The notes beneath the pieces are model-generated. The model was given only the letters and a program-made list of their open reading frames with translations. It was not told where the DNA came from and ran no database searches. The position numbers and the translations under genes were made by a program. Shown in pieces: positions 19,424 to 27,884 of a stretch of 64,000 bases of DNA. Source of the DNA: Acidimicrobiia bacterium (GTDB lineage Bacteria; Actinomycetota; Acidimicrobiia; Acidimicrobiales; Bin134); the NCBI GenBank assembly GCA_022827725.1, contig JAJEIJ010000038.1, positions 13,324 through 77,323 of the forward strand. Direction: 5' to 3'. The first letter of the stretch is position 1; every line of letters starts with the position of its first letter.

Positions 19424-21252
19424 GGCCCTCCCCGGGGTGATTGCTCACAGCGTAATTCCATGCCGGCTAGCTCGTCGGCGGCGCGCCAGTCGCCGAGGAG
19501 CTGGAGAAAATCGATTGTTCCCGGGCCCACGCCGTAGGGACCGTTTTGAGGGTTCCGGGCCTGCCCCTCATTGTTGTAGTACCCGGGAGTGCAGTCGTCG
19601 AAGAACCCGCGGTTGTTCGCCTGCCCGCGACACGCGTCGACCCAGGCCTCCTCAGCTTCGGCGGAGACCTCTACCGTCACCGCCCCGACCTCGCGGGCGC
19701 GGGTGACGATGTAGGCCAGGTGGATGGCCTGCTCGTCGAGCACGTGGGTGTAGTTCACGGTGTTGGCCGACTGGCCGATGGACATGAGGAAGAGGTTGGG
19801 GAAGCCGTGCATGTGCATGCCGTGCATCGTGCGAAGGCCGTCGGCCCACTTCTCCATGAGCGTCTCGCCGCCGTTGCCGATGATCTCGAATCCCCCTCGT
19901 TGCGACAGCGGGGTTCCAACCTCGAAGCCACTGGCGTAGATCAGACAATCCACCTCATATTCCTGCTCGCCAACCACCACGCCTGTCGCCGTGATGCGGT
20001 CGACGCCCTTGCCCGCCGTGTCAACGAGAGTGACATTTGGGCGATTGAACGTGGGGAGGTAGTCGTTGTCGATGCAGGGCCGCTTGCAAAACTGCCGATA
20101 GTAGGGCTTGAGAAGCTCGGCGGTCTCGGGGTCGTCGACCAGCTCGTCCACCCGCGCCCTGATCTGCTCCATCTTCTGGAGGTCGGCCAGCTCGACGGCC
20201 CGCTGGATGCCCTCGGGCGACAGGTCCACGCCGTCGCCGTCCCGGAAGAGCCTGACGAGGTTGCCGATCAGGTCGGTCCATCCGTCATCGACGAGATTTT
20301 CCTCCTGGGGGACGCCTGACACCAGCGCATTGAAATTGTCACGGCGGTGCTGGTGCCAGCCCGGCGGCAGCGACCGGGCCCACTCGGGGTCGGTCTCCGG
20401 GTTCTGCTTGACATCGACTGAAGACGGGGTCCGCTGGAACACGTAGAGATGCTCCGCCCACTCGGCGATGTGGGGCACGACCTGCACACCGCTCGCGCCG
20501 GTGCCGATAACGCCGACCCGCTTCCCGCTCAGACCGGTGAGGTTGCCCTCCTGGTCGCCTCCCGTGTAGTCGAAGTCCCAGCGGCTGGTGTGGAACGAGT
20601 GGCCCTCGAAGCCTTCGATGCCGGGAATCCCCGGCAGCTTGGGCTTGCTGAGTTGCCCGAGCGCGAGGCACACGTACTGGGCCTTCATCTGATCGCCGCG
20701 GCCGGTCTCGACGATCCAGCGCGAAGCGCCGTCGTCCCATCGGAGCCCGGTGACCCGGGTCTGGAAGCAGACGTCCCGGTAGAGGTCGAACTGGCGGGCG
20801 ATCGCCTGGCAGTGCTCGAGGATCTCCTTCCCGTAGGAGTACTTGCGCTGTGGCACGTAGCCCACCTCCTCCAGCATGGGGAGATAGATGTACGACTCCA
20901 CGTCGCAGGAGATTCCCGGGTATCGGTTCCAGTACCAGGTTCCCCCGAAGTCGGCCGCCGGCTCGACGAAACGGATGCTGTCAATACCCTGCTGGCGCAA
21001 CCGCGCCCCGGCCAGCAGGCCGCCCAGGCCTCCGCCGACGACCAGGACCTCAACCTCGTCGTGTAGCGGCTCACGGGTGAATTCGGGGTCGGCCCAGGGG
21101 TCGTCCATGTAGTGGGCGAACGACCCCTTGGCCTGAATGTACTGGTCGGGGCCGTCGGGCCTCAGGCGCTTGTCGCGCTCGTTGCGGTACCGGTGCCGGA
21201 TCTCTTCCAAGTCCGGCAAGGGATGCGTCGGCTGGTCATCGGTGATGCTCAT
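19420..21252 (-). CDS. Type I Baeyer-Villiger (flavin-containing) monooxygenase
   Basis: ORF 19420..21333. Probable start at ATG 21252 (MSITDDQP). Motifs: FAD GxGxxG (VVGGGLGG), FGGTWYWNRYPG, and the BVMO fingerprint FEGHSFHTSRW. Confidence 0.85.
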   Translation of the reverse strand: MSITDDQPTHPLPDLEEIRHRYRNERDKRLRPDGPDQYIQAKGSFAHYMDDPWADPEFTREPLHDEVEVLVVGGGLGGLLAGARLRQQGIDSIRFVEPAADFGGTWYWNRYPGISCDVESYIYLPMLEEVGYVPQRKYSYGKEILEHCQAIARQFDLYRDVCFQTRVTGLRWDDGASRWIVETGRGDQMKAQYVCLALGQLSKPKLPGIPGIEGFEGHSFHTSRWDFDYTGGDQEGNLTGLSGKRVGVIGTGASGVQVVPHIAEWAEHLYVFQRTPSSVDVKQNPETDPEWARSLPPGWHQHRRDNFNALVSGVPQEENLVDDGWTDLIGNLVRLFRDGDGVDLSPEGIQRAVELADLQKMEQIRARVDELVDDPETAELLKPYYRQFCKRPCIDNDYLPTFNRPNVTLVDTAGKGVDRITATGVVVGEQEYEVDCLIYASGFEVGTPLSQRGGFEIIGNGGETLMEKWADGLRTMHGMHMHGFPNLFLMSIGQSANTVNYTHVLDEQAIHLAYIVTRAREVGAVTVEVSAEAEEAWVDACRGQANNRGFFDDCTPGYYNNEGQARNPQNGPYGVGPGTIDFLQLLGDWRAADELAGMELRCEQSPRGGP

Positions 21253-21353
21253 CGGCTCCGTCCGCTGTGGCCAACTTCTTAGTAATCTTGATACATTAGC
21301 AAGAGTCGAGACAAGGGGCAGGCCCGATCGCACCTGATGCCGGGCCTCCAGGA

Positions 21354-21361
21354 GGTCGACC
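21354..21361. promoter_or_regulatory. GGTCGACC palindrome core (within GAGGTCGACC) just upstream of the Rieske oxygenase start
   Basis: The 10-nt string GAGGTCGACC at 21352-21361 is identical to the core of the 14-bp palindrome upstream of the TetR gene. It overlaps the SD. Confidence 0.3.
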
Positions 21362-21362
21362 G

Positions 21363-22400
21363 ATGAGCACTATCGCAAACGAACCCGGATACGGGGCCCG
21401 ACCGGGCATGGAGGACGCGGTGTTCGAGGTGGGGCCGATGCGGTCCGACCCGGCATCGGTGGCCGATTTGAGCCGACGTATCAGGATCGCCCGCGAGGGT
21501 GCTGGCCAGAAGCGCTATCCGTTCCCGATCCCCAACGGCTGGTTCGTGGTGGAAGAGTGCAGCGAGCTCGCTCCGGGTGAGCACAAGAACCTCTACGCCT
21601 TTGGCAAGGACCTCGTTTTGTTCCGGTCCGAGAGCGGTGAGGCCCGGCTCATGGACGCCTACTGCCCCCACTTAGGGGCTCATATCGGGGTGGGCGGCAG
21701 AGTGGACGGCGAGGGCATGCGGTGCCCGTTCCATGGCTGGCAATTCGACGGAGACGGCCGCTGTATCGACATCCCCTATGCGGAGGGCAAGGCGATTCCC
21801 GCCAAGGCGAAGGTGCGCACCTATCCGATCATCGAGCGCGACCAGATGATCTGGGCCTGGCACCATCTCGAGGGCGGCGAGCCGTTCTACGACGTGCCCT
21901 ACTTCCCCGAGTTCGAGGATCCCGAGTGGCAGCCCTACCAGGTGCTCCGCTTCGAAGTAGCCACCATCGTCCAGGAGTTTTCTGAGGGCGAGTTCGACGT
22001 GCAGCACTTCAAGTACGTGCACGGAGCGCCCCCGCTGCCCAGCACCGAAATGGTTGTCGAGGGGACCTACCGCAGCAACTCCAACGGCAGCTTCACCATC
22101 GAGAACTTCGGCCTCGGCTGCACCCTCATCTCGATCGGCGACTCGATACGCATTGGCCAGTCGCTTCTGCCGACCGACGAGGAAAACGTTCGCATGACCT
22201 GGTGGTTCACCATGTCCAACTCGATGGGGGAGGCCGCCTTGTCGGGCCTGGTCGCCAGCTTCGCCGACGGCATCAGCCAGGACATCGTCATCTGGGAGAA
22301 CAAGCGCTACGAGCCCAAGCCGCTGGTGACCGCCGTCGAGCGCAACATCCGCGTCGGCCGGCAATGGGCGCTCCAGTTCTACTCTGGACTCGACTCCTAG
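21363..22400 (+). CDS. Rieske [2Fe-2S] oxygenase, KshA-like terminal oxygenase component
   Basis: 345 aa with the Rieske motif CPHLGAHIG...CPFHGWQFD. A GGAGG SD precedes the ATG. Confidence 0.85.
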   Translation: MSTIANEPGYGARPGMEDAVFEVGPMRSDPASVADLSRRIRIAREGAGQKRYPFPIPNGWFVVEECSELAPGEHKNLYAFGKDLVLFRSESGEARLMDAYCPHLGAHIGVGGRVDGEGMRCPFHGWQFDGDGRCIDIPYAEGKAIPAKAKVRTYPIIERDQMIWAWHHLEGGEPFYDVPYFPEFEDPEWQPYQVLRFEVATIVQEFSEGEFDVQHFKYVHGAPPLPSTEMVVEGTYRSNSNGSFTIENFGLGCTLISIGDSIRIGQSLLPTDEENVRMTWWFTMSNSMGEAALSGLVASFADGISQDIVIWENKRYEPKPLVTAVERNIRVGRQWALQFYSGLDS

Positions 22401-22438
22401 GCTCCGGAAGTCCGATTCGCGCCGGGCGAGCGGTGCCA

Positions 22439-22452
22439 AGAGGTCGACCTCT
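22439..22452. promoter_or_regulatory. Perfect 14-bp palindrome AGAGGTCGACCTCT, candidate TetR operator
   Basis: Read directly from the sequence. Lies 22 nt upstream of the TetR ATG (22474). Confidence 0.4.
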
Positions 22453-22473
22453 GCTGGTTATCCTCGCGAGCTG

Positions 22474-23127
22474 ATGCCCCGGTCGCCCGAGCCCGCCCGC
22501 GAAGCGCTCATTGCCGTGGCAGAGCGCTTGTTCGCCGAGCGAGGCGTTGATGCGGTGACAGTGCGTGACGTGGTGAAGGAAGCCGGGCAGCGCAACAGCT
22601 CTGCGGTGCAATACCACTTCGGAAACAAGGCCGGGCTCTTGCAGGCGATCCTGGAGCCGCATCAGGCCCGCCTCGACGAACGACGCGCTGAGATGCTCGA
22701 CCAACTCGGCGAGCGTCCCGGGCTTGAGGCGCTCATCAAGGCGCTCATTCGTCCCCTCGCCTCCCTACTCGAAGACGAGTCGGGTCGCCACTACATCAGG
22801 ATTCGGGCGCAGTTGGTTGGAGCGGCACAGCTCCCCAGCGACTCCGACCTGATCCGAGACACGCTCACTGGCGCTGGCGGCGGCGGGGCCTCCGCCGAGC
22901 CAAGACCAGGTATTCGGCGCGTGGCTCGAGCCCTGGTCGACCTGGTGGACGAAACGCAGATGGCCGACCTCGGACACCGGCTGACCCTCACCGCGGTGCT
23001 ATTGCTCCACGGTCTAGCCGACTTCGCCCGTCGCCACCCCGACGCCACCGCGGCCGAGCGCGAGGCGTTCACCGACGTCCTCACCCGCAGCGTCATAGCC
23101 ATCAACCTCGGCAACAGTCGCGCCTAG
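22474..23127 (+). CDS. TetR family transcriptional regulator
   Basis: 217 aa with an N-terminal TetR HTH (AERLFAERGVDAVTVRDVVKEAGQRNSSAVQYHFGNKAGLL). Confidence 0.9.
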   Translation: MPRSPEPAREALIAVAERLFAERGVDAVTVRDVVKEAGQRNSSAVQYHFGNKAGLLQAILEPHQARLDERRAEMLDQLGERPGLEALIKALIRPLASLLEDESGRHYIRIRAQLVGAAQLPSDSDLIRDTLTGAGGGGASAEPRPGIRRVARALVDLVDETQMADLGHRLTLTAVLLLHGLADFARRHPDATAAEREAFTDVLTRSVIAINLGNSRA

Positions 23128-23241
23128 GACGCTGCCCCCTACCCCAATGCCACCCCAGCCCGCTAGCCGACCTCTCACAGACCGCCGGGTCCAAACGAAG
23201 ACGCGAAAGCCCTCTGATGGGAGCGTGATACCGTCTCTTAG

Positions 23242-23715
23242 ATGGAGCGTCCCGCGAACAGCCGCCTAGCCATCGTCATGTGCTGGGCAGCGGGACTGTC
23301 CGCTCTGCTCGCGGCCATCGGAGCACTTCTACCCTGGGAGACTGTTGAGGGTCCCTTTGCCGACTTCTATATCGAGTCCTCCAACGACAGGCCAGTGATC
23401 ACAGTGCTGGTCTCCGCCGCAGTAGGCGCTCTGTCCGCCGCTGGATTCGCGCAGTGGAAGCTGAGGAAGATCGGCGCGCTGGGTCTGCTGGCCGGGCTGG
23501 TGATCACCCTTGTCGGCGTGGTCAATCTCGTCAGTGACGGGGCTGATACCCCGGGGTTCATGGATACATCGCCGGAGCCGGGGCTTTTCATCGTGCTGAT
23601 CGCTGGCGCCCTCCTGGCCGTTTCCGCCGGGTTTCTTACCTTCAAGAGGCAATCGGGCAAGTCGGTGGCCGAAAGCGACGACCATTTGGTCATTGGCGAC
23701 GACATCGACGGTTAG
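23242..23715 (+). CDS. Hypothetical integral membrane protein (about 4 TM)
   Basis: 157 aa with four hydrophobic segments. No recognisable family. Confidence 0.45.
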   Translation: MERPANSRLAIVMCWAAGLSALLAAIGALLPWETVEGPFADFYIESSNDRPVITVLVSAAVGALSAAGFAQWKLRKIGALGLLAGLVITLVGVVNLVSDGADTPGFMDTSPEPGLFIVLIAGALLAVSAGFLTFKRQSGKSVAESDDHLVIGDDIDG

Positions 23716-23774
23716 GCCGTCGGCAACTGTGATCGGGCCTGTCGGACGCGCTGATAGTTCGAGGTCAGGCGATC

Positions 23775-24806
23775 TCAACCGCATTCAGGTAAGAACTCGT
23801 GCCACTCTTGGGTGCGGTCATCGGCTGTTGGCGGAGGCTGGGGCACTTCAAGGTCGGCATCGGGTTCATAGGCGACACGAGTCGCCAAGGTGATTTCCGC
23901 GGATTCAAGTTCCTGTATTGCTTCCTGACGTTCTTGTTCGCTCAACTCAGCGTCCAAGCTCCCATACTCGGCAATGATGACAAGAAGGCCTGAGTAGTCT
24001 TCTTTCGTCCACAGAACGCTCAGCAGGCCCTGCTCGTTAAGCTCGACCACCACCTCTGCGGTGTTGGTCTCGTAGAACTCGACTATAAGTTCGGCCAGTT
24101 CATCAATATCTTCGGGTGAGGCCATCCCCATTGTGGCAGCGTCGCAACGAGCGTCAGCTTCAACGTCGCCGCCTAGTGCCTCAATGAGTTTTGCCGAGGT
24201 CGTTGTGCCGACAAAGGTGGGGGGATTGGTGGAGGTCTGCTCGATCGCGGTCAACGCCGCTGGCAGGCGCTCCGCCATCTCGCTCAAGTCGGGTGTCGAA
24301 GAACCCGCAACAGCGTCCATGAGCTCAGTGCTGCCCGCCTCAAGGGCTGTCAGGTCTACGAAAAACACTCCCGGCGCCAACAACTCCAAATCCACATCAG
24401 GATCAACGTCGATCAAGGGCTGAAGAGAGCGGGTGTCGACCACGAGCCGCTCTTGGTCGAGCCACATCTCAAATCCGAGATCGTCCCAGTCATCGAGCAT
24501 GAACCCGAACAGCGACTCAATAAACGTCGACATGTCGAATCTGCAGTAGTCCCGCTCGGGGGTCACTTCACAGACAAACGCGGGATTTTCCTCTTCGATC
24601 CCAGTGGAGAGTTCGACTCCGGCAATCTTCCACTTCATGCCCACTGACAGAGACTCCCGATAACTGGACGCCTCCGCAGTGTCGGCCAGCGCCGCGCTCA
24701 GCAACCCGATCGTGGTCACGCTGCTGTCGTCGGTGTCCCTGCCACATCCCGCGGCTAGCAGCGCAACAGCAACCACCACGGCCAACGATCGCCGGAACCA
24801 ATTCAT
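23775..24806 (-). CDS. Putative acidic lipoprotein, function unknown
   Basis: 343 aa with lipobox LLAAGCG. The mature domain is very acidic, and the gene has visibly lower GC than its surroundings. Confidence 0.55.
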   Translation of the reverse strand: MNWFRRSLAVVVAVALLAAGCGRDTDDSSVTTIGLLSAALADTAEASSYRESLSVGMKWKIAGVELSTGIEEENPAFVCEVTPERDYCRFDMSTFIESLFGFMLDDWDDLGFEMWLDQERLVVDTRSLQPLIDVDPDVDLELLAPGVFFVDLTALEAGSTELMDAVAGSSTPDLSEMAERLPAALTAIEQTSTNPPTFVGTTTSAKLIEALGGDVEADARCDAATMGMASPEDIDELAELIVEFYETNTAEVVVELNEQGLLSVLWTKEDYSGLLVIIAEYGSLDAELSEQERQEAIQELESAEITLATRVAYEPDADLEVPQPPPTADDRTQEWHEFLPECG

Positions 24807-24924
24807 CGCTGGACAGACTAGTGAACCCTAATCAGGCCACACACTGTTTCACTCGGATGTACCGTAAACGATGCCCACACAGGCTTCCGCTCGCCAGCCT
24901 GGGCGCTGCCATCTGGCCAGGTGC

Positions 24925-26055
24925 CTACAGGCTGGCGAGGGCCGCCTGGATGATCCGGGTGCCGCGGGGGTCGCCCAGGGCGTCGGGCGCCATGCGGTTC
25001 ATCACGTAGGCGACGCTGGCCCGGGTGTCGAGGTCTATCACGGCCAGCGAGCCGCCCAAGCCGCCCCAGAACATCTGGCCCGCAGCGAAGGAGAGGTCGC
25101 CGATCTGGAGCCCGAAGCCGAGACCGTGGCGCAGCCGCATGCCGAAAACCTGGTCGATGCCGTCGGTCTGCTCCTCTAGGGCGCGTCGGGCGCCGGCCTC
25201 GGACAGCAGCCGGACCCCGGAGAGGGCGCCCCCGCAAGCCAGCGCGGCGTGGATGCGGGCCACCGAGCGGGCATTGCCGAACCCGCCGGAGGCGGGAAGC
25301 TCCGCGGCCCGCCACTCGCGGGTGGAGGGCTCGTCGCCGGTGCTGTGAACGCTGAGAAAGGCGCGCACCGCCAACTCGTCGACGTCGACCTCCTCGCCGC
25401 CGACGGTGAGCGTCTGCGGGGTTGCCGGTCTCACCAGGTCCGACACCCGGTGGTCCTCGGACGCGGGAAGGCTCATCCAGAAGTCGGCCCCGAGCGGCTG
25501 GGCCACCTCGGTGCGGAACCACTCGGCCATGCGCCGGCCGGTGGCCCGATAAAGGATCTCGCCCAACAGGGTGCCCTGGGTCACGGGGTGATACCCCGAC
25601 GCGGTGCCCGGCGCCCACCACGGCGCCTGGGCCGCGAGGTTGGCGGCCGCAGCCTCGAGGTCATAGAGCTGTTCGACGGTGATGGGGGGATCAAAGCCCG
25701 GCAGCCCCGCGGTGTGGGCCATCACATGGCCGACCAGCACGTCCTCCTTGCCGTTGGCGGCGAACTCGGGCCAGTACCGCGCCACCGGGGCGTCGAACTC
25801 CAACTCGCCCCGGTCCGCCAGCATCAACATGCATATAGCGGCCATCGTCTTGGTCGTCGAGTAGACATTGACGATCGTGTCGCGCTGACACGGGGCGCCG
25901 CCGGTGTCGGCATCGCCAGCCCAAATGTCCACCACGAACTCGCCGTCCACGGTCACCGCTGCGGACGCGCCCAACTCCAAACCCTCAGCGAAGTTCGCCT
26001 CGAACGCGTCGCGCACCGGCGCGAACTCAGGCTCACAGACGCCGTTGATCTCCAT
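24925..26055 (-). CDS. Serine hydrolase, beta-lactamase/esterase (class C-like) family
   Basis: The track ORF runs to 26523, but its upstream part translates a tRNA gene. The real start is ATG 26055 (MEINGVCEPEF). SxxK motif: YSTTKT. Confidence 0.8.
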   Translation of the reverse strand: MEINGVCEPEFAPVRDAFEANFAEGLELGASAAVTVDGEFVVDIWAGDADTGGAPCQRDTIVNVYSTTKTMAAICMLMLADRGELEFDAPVARYWPEFAANGKEDVLVGHVMAHTAGLPGFDPPITVEQLYDLEAAAANLAAQAPWWAPGTASGYHPVTQGTLLGEILYRATGRRMAEWFRTEVAQPLGADFWMSLPASEDHRVSDLVRPATPQTLTVGGEEVDVDELAVRAFLSVHSTGDEPSTREWRAAELPASGGFGNARSVARIHAALACGGALSGVRLLSEAGARRALEEQTDGIDQVFGMRLRHGLGFGLQIGDLSFAAGQMFWGGLGGSLAVIDLDTRASVAYVMNRMAPDALGDPRGTRIIQAALASL

Positions 26056-26128
26056 GGCAGAGAGTATGACGTGCTGGCTCAGGACATGCTCAATGTCCGG
26101 GTCCGCTGATGTGGGCGCATGAGCTTTG

Positions 26129-26201
26129 CGCCCACGGCAGGATTCGAACCTGCGACCCCTTGCTCCGGAGGCAAGTGCTCTATCCCCTGAGCTACGTGGG
26201 C
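26129..26201 (-). tRNA. tRNA-Arg (anticodon CCG)
   Basis: A 73-nt cloverleaf folded by hand: acceptor GCCCACG/CGTGGGC, D arm GCTC-AGGGGATA-GAGC, anticodon arm CTTGC-CTCCGGA-GCAAG, T arm GCAGG-TTCGAAT-CCTGC, discriminator G. CCA is not encoded. Confidence 0.9.
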
Positions 26202-26251
26202 AGTAACTGGGTGAGTATACCCAGCGGGGCATCGGTACCATGTGCCAGTTC

Positions 26252-27874
26252 ATGGCCGACATCCGCACCTCCCTTTCTGATGCCCTGCGCGGCGCGCTTG
26301 TCGCCGTCGGAATCGACCTGCCTGCCGACTTCCAGGTCGGATTGGAGCGACCAGCGCGGCGGGAGCACGGAGACTGGTCGTCCAACGCCGCTCTGGCCAT
26401 CGCCAAAGGCGCGAGGCGCAATCCTCGGGAGCTAGCAGCAGAGCTGAGCGCCTGGCTGGAGGAGAACCAGCCCGAGCATGTGGCCGAGGTGAGTGTGGCT
26501 GGGCCGGGGTTCGTCAACTTCAAGCTGGCGCCAAGCTGGCTGCACAGCGTGGTCGCCGACGCGGTGGACGCAGGTGTCTACGGCTTTGGGCGCCAGGACC
26601 TGGGCGAGGGCCGCACGGTGATCGTGGAGTTTGTGAGCGCCAATCCCACCGGGCCGGTCCACGCTGGCCACGGCCGGGGAGCGGCCTACGGCGACGCTGT
26701 GGCCCGACTGCTGGAGTGGTGCGGATACGACGTGCAGCGGGAGTTCTACATCAACGACCGGGGCACCCAGATGGAGCTCTACGGCGCTTCTCTCGCCGCC
26801 CTCCGGGCAGGTGAGCCGGTGCCGGAAGACGGCTACAACGGCCAGTACATCGCCGATTGGGCCGCGGAGATGCCCGCACATGCCGATGCTCGCCAGTGGG
26901 GTAGGGAACGAGCACTGGACGATCAGCGAGAAGTGCTGGGTTCGATGGCGGTCGCATTCGACACCTGGTCCAGCGAGCAGGCGCTGGTGGACTCCGGGGC
27001 CATCGACGACGCACTGGAGGCACTCGGCACTGCCGGCGCCTCCTATGAGGCCGAGGGAGCCTTGTGGCTGCGCTCCAGCGACCACGGAGACGACAAGGAT
27101 CGAGTGCTGATCAAGTCAGACGGGGAGTACACCTATCTGCTGCCCGACATCGCCTATCACCGCGACAAGCTCGATCGGGCCGGTTCGCAAGGTTTGCTGA
27201 TCAATGTATGGGGGGCCGATCACCACGGGTACGTGGCCCGAATGAAGGCGGCCATGGCCGCGCTGGGCTGCGACCCTGCCAGCCTGGAGGTGGTGGTGAC
27301 CCAGCTGGTGCGCTTGGAGCGCGACGGGGAAGAGGTGCGGCTGTCCAAGCGCACTGGCGACCTCATCGAGCTGCGTGACGTGATCGACGAGGTGGGGGCC
27401 GACGCCACCCGGTTTACCTACCTGCTCCAATCCATGGACACCGCCCCCACTTTCGATCTAGCCAAGGCCGCAGCCCAAGTGATGGAAAACCCTGTGTTCT
27501 ACGTGCAGATGGCCCACGCCAGGGTGTGCTCTATCGCGGCCCGAGCCCAGGCTGGTGGGGTGGAGCGCCTGAGCATCGATCAAGTGGACTTGAGCCTGCT
27601 GGTCCACGAGCGGGAGCTAGAGATAATGCGACAGCTCTCCACGCTGGGCGAGGTGATCGCCGCCGCCGCCGAAGAGCGCGCTCCGCATCGCATGACCGCT
27701 TGGTTGCGAGACTTTGCCGCCGCGGTCCACAGCTTCTACCACGACTGCTATGTGGTGGGTACCGGAATCGCCCCCGAGCTGACCCAGGCCCGCCTGGTGC
27801 TGATCGACGCCGCCCGAGTGGGCTTGGCCGTCGGCCTCGGCACCCTCGGCGTAAGCGCCCCCGAGTCGATGTAG
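26252..27874 (+). CDS. argS: Arginine--tRNA ligase
   Basis: ORF 26240..27874. Likely start ATG 26252 (MADIRTSL). HIGH-type motif PTGPVHAGHGRG and KMSK-like RLSKRTG. Confidence 0.92.
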   Translation: MADIRTSLSDALRGALVAVGIDLPADFQVGLERPARREHGDWSSNAALAIAKGARRNPRELAAELSAWLEENQPEHVAEVSVAGPGFVNFKLAPSWLHSVVADAVDAGVYGFGRQDLGEGRTVIVEFVSANPTGPVHAGHGRGAAYGDAVARLLEWCGYDVQREFYINDRGTQMELYGASLAALRAGEPVPEDGYNGQYIADWAAEMPAHADARQWGRERALDDQREVLGSMAVAFDTWSSEQALVDSGAIDDALEALGTAGASYEAEGALWLRSSDHGDDKDRVLIKSDGEYTYLLPDIAYHRDKLDRAGSQGLLINVWGADHHGYVARMKAAMAALGCDPASLEVVVTQLVRLERDGEEVRLSKRTGDLIELRDVIDEVGADATRFTYLLQSMDTAPTFDLAKAAAQVMENPVFYVQMAHARVCSIAARAQAGGVERLSIDQVDLSLLVHERELEIMRQLSTLGEVIAAAAEERAPHRMTAWLRDFAAAVHSFYHDCYVVGTGIAPELTQARLVLIDAARVGLAVGLGTLGVSAPESM

Positions 27875-27884
27875 GGGACTGGTT

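Noticed and set aside
26056-26523. N-terminal 156 codons of the 532-aa track ORF (24925..26523, minus strand)
   Set aside because: This part translates straight through the tRNA-Arg gene (the peptide ...GARGRRFESCRGRK is the T-arm read as protein) and through the antisense of argS. The conserved hydrolase sequence begins at ATG 26055.
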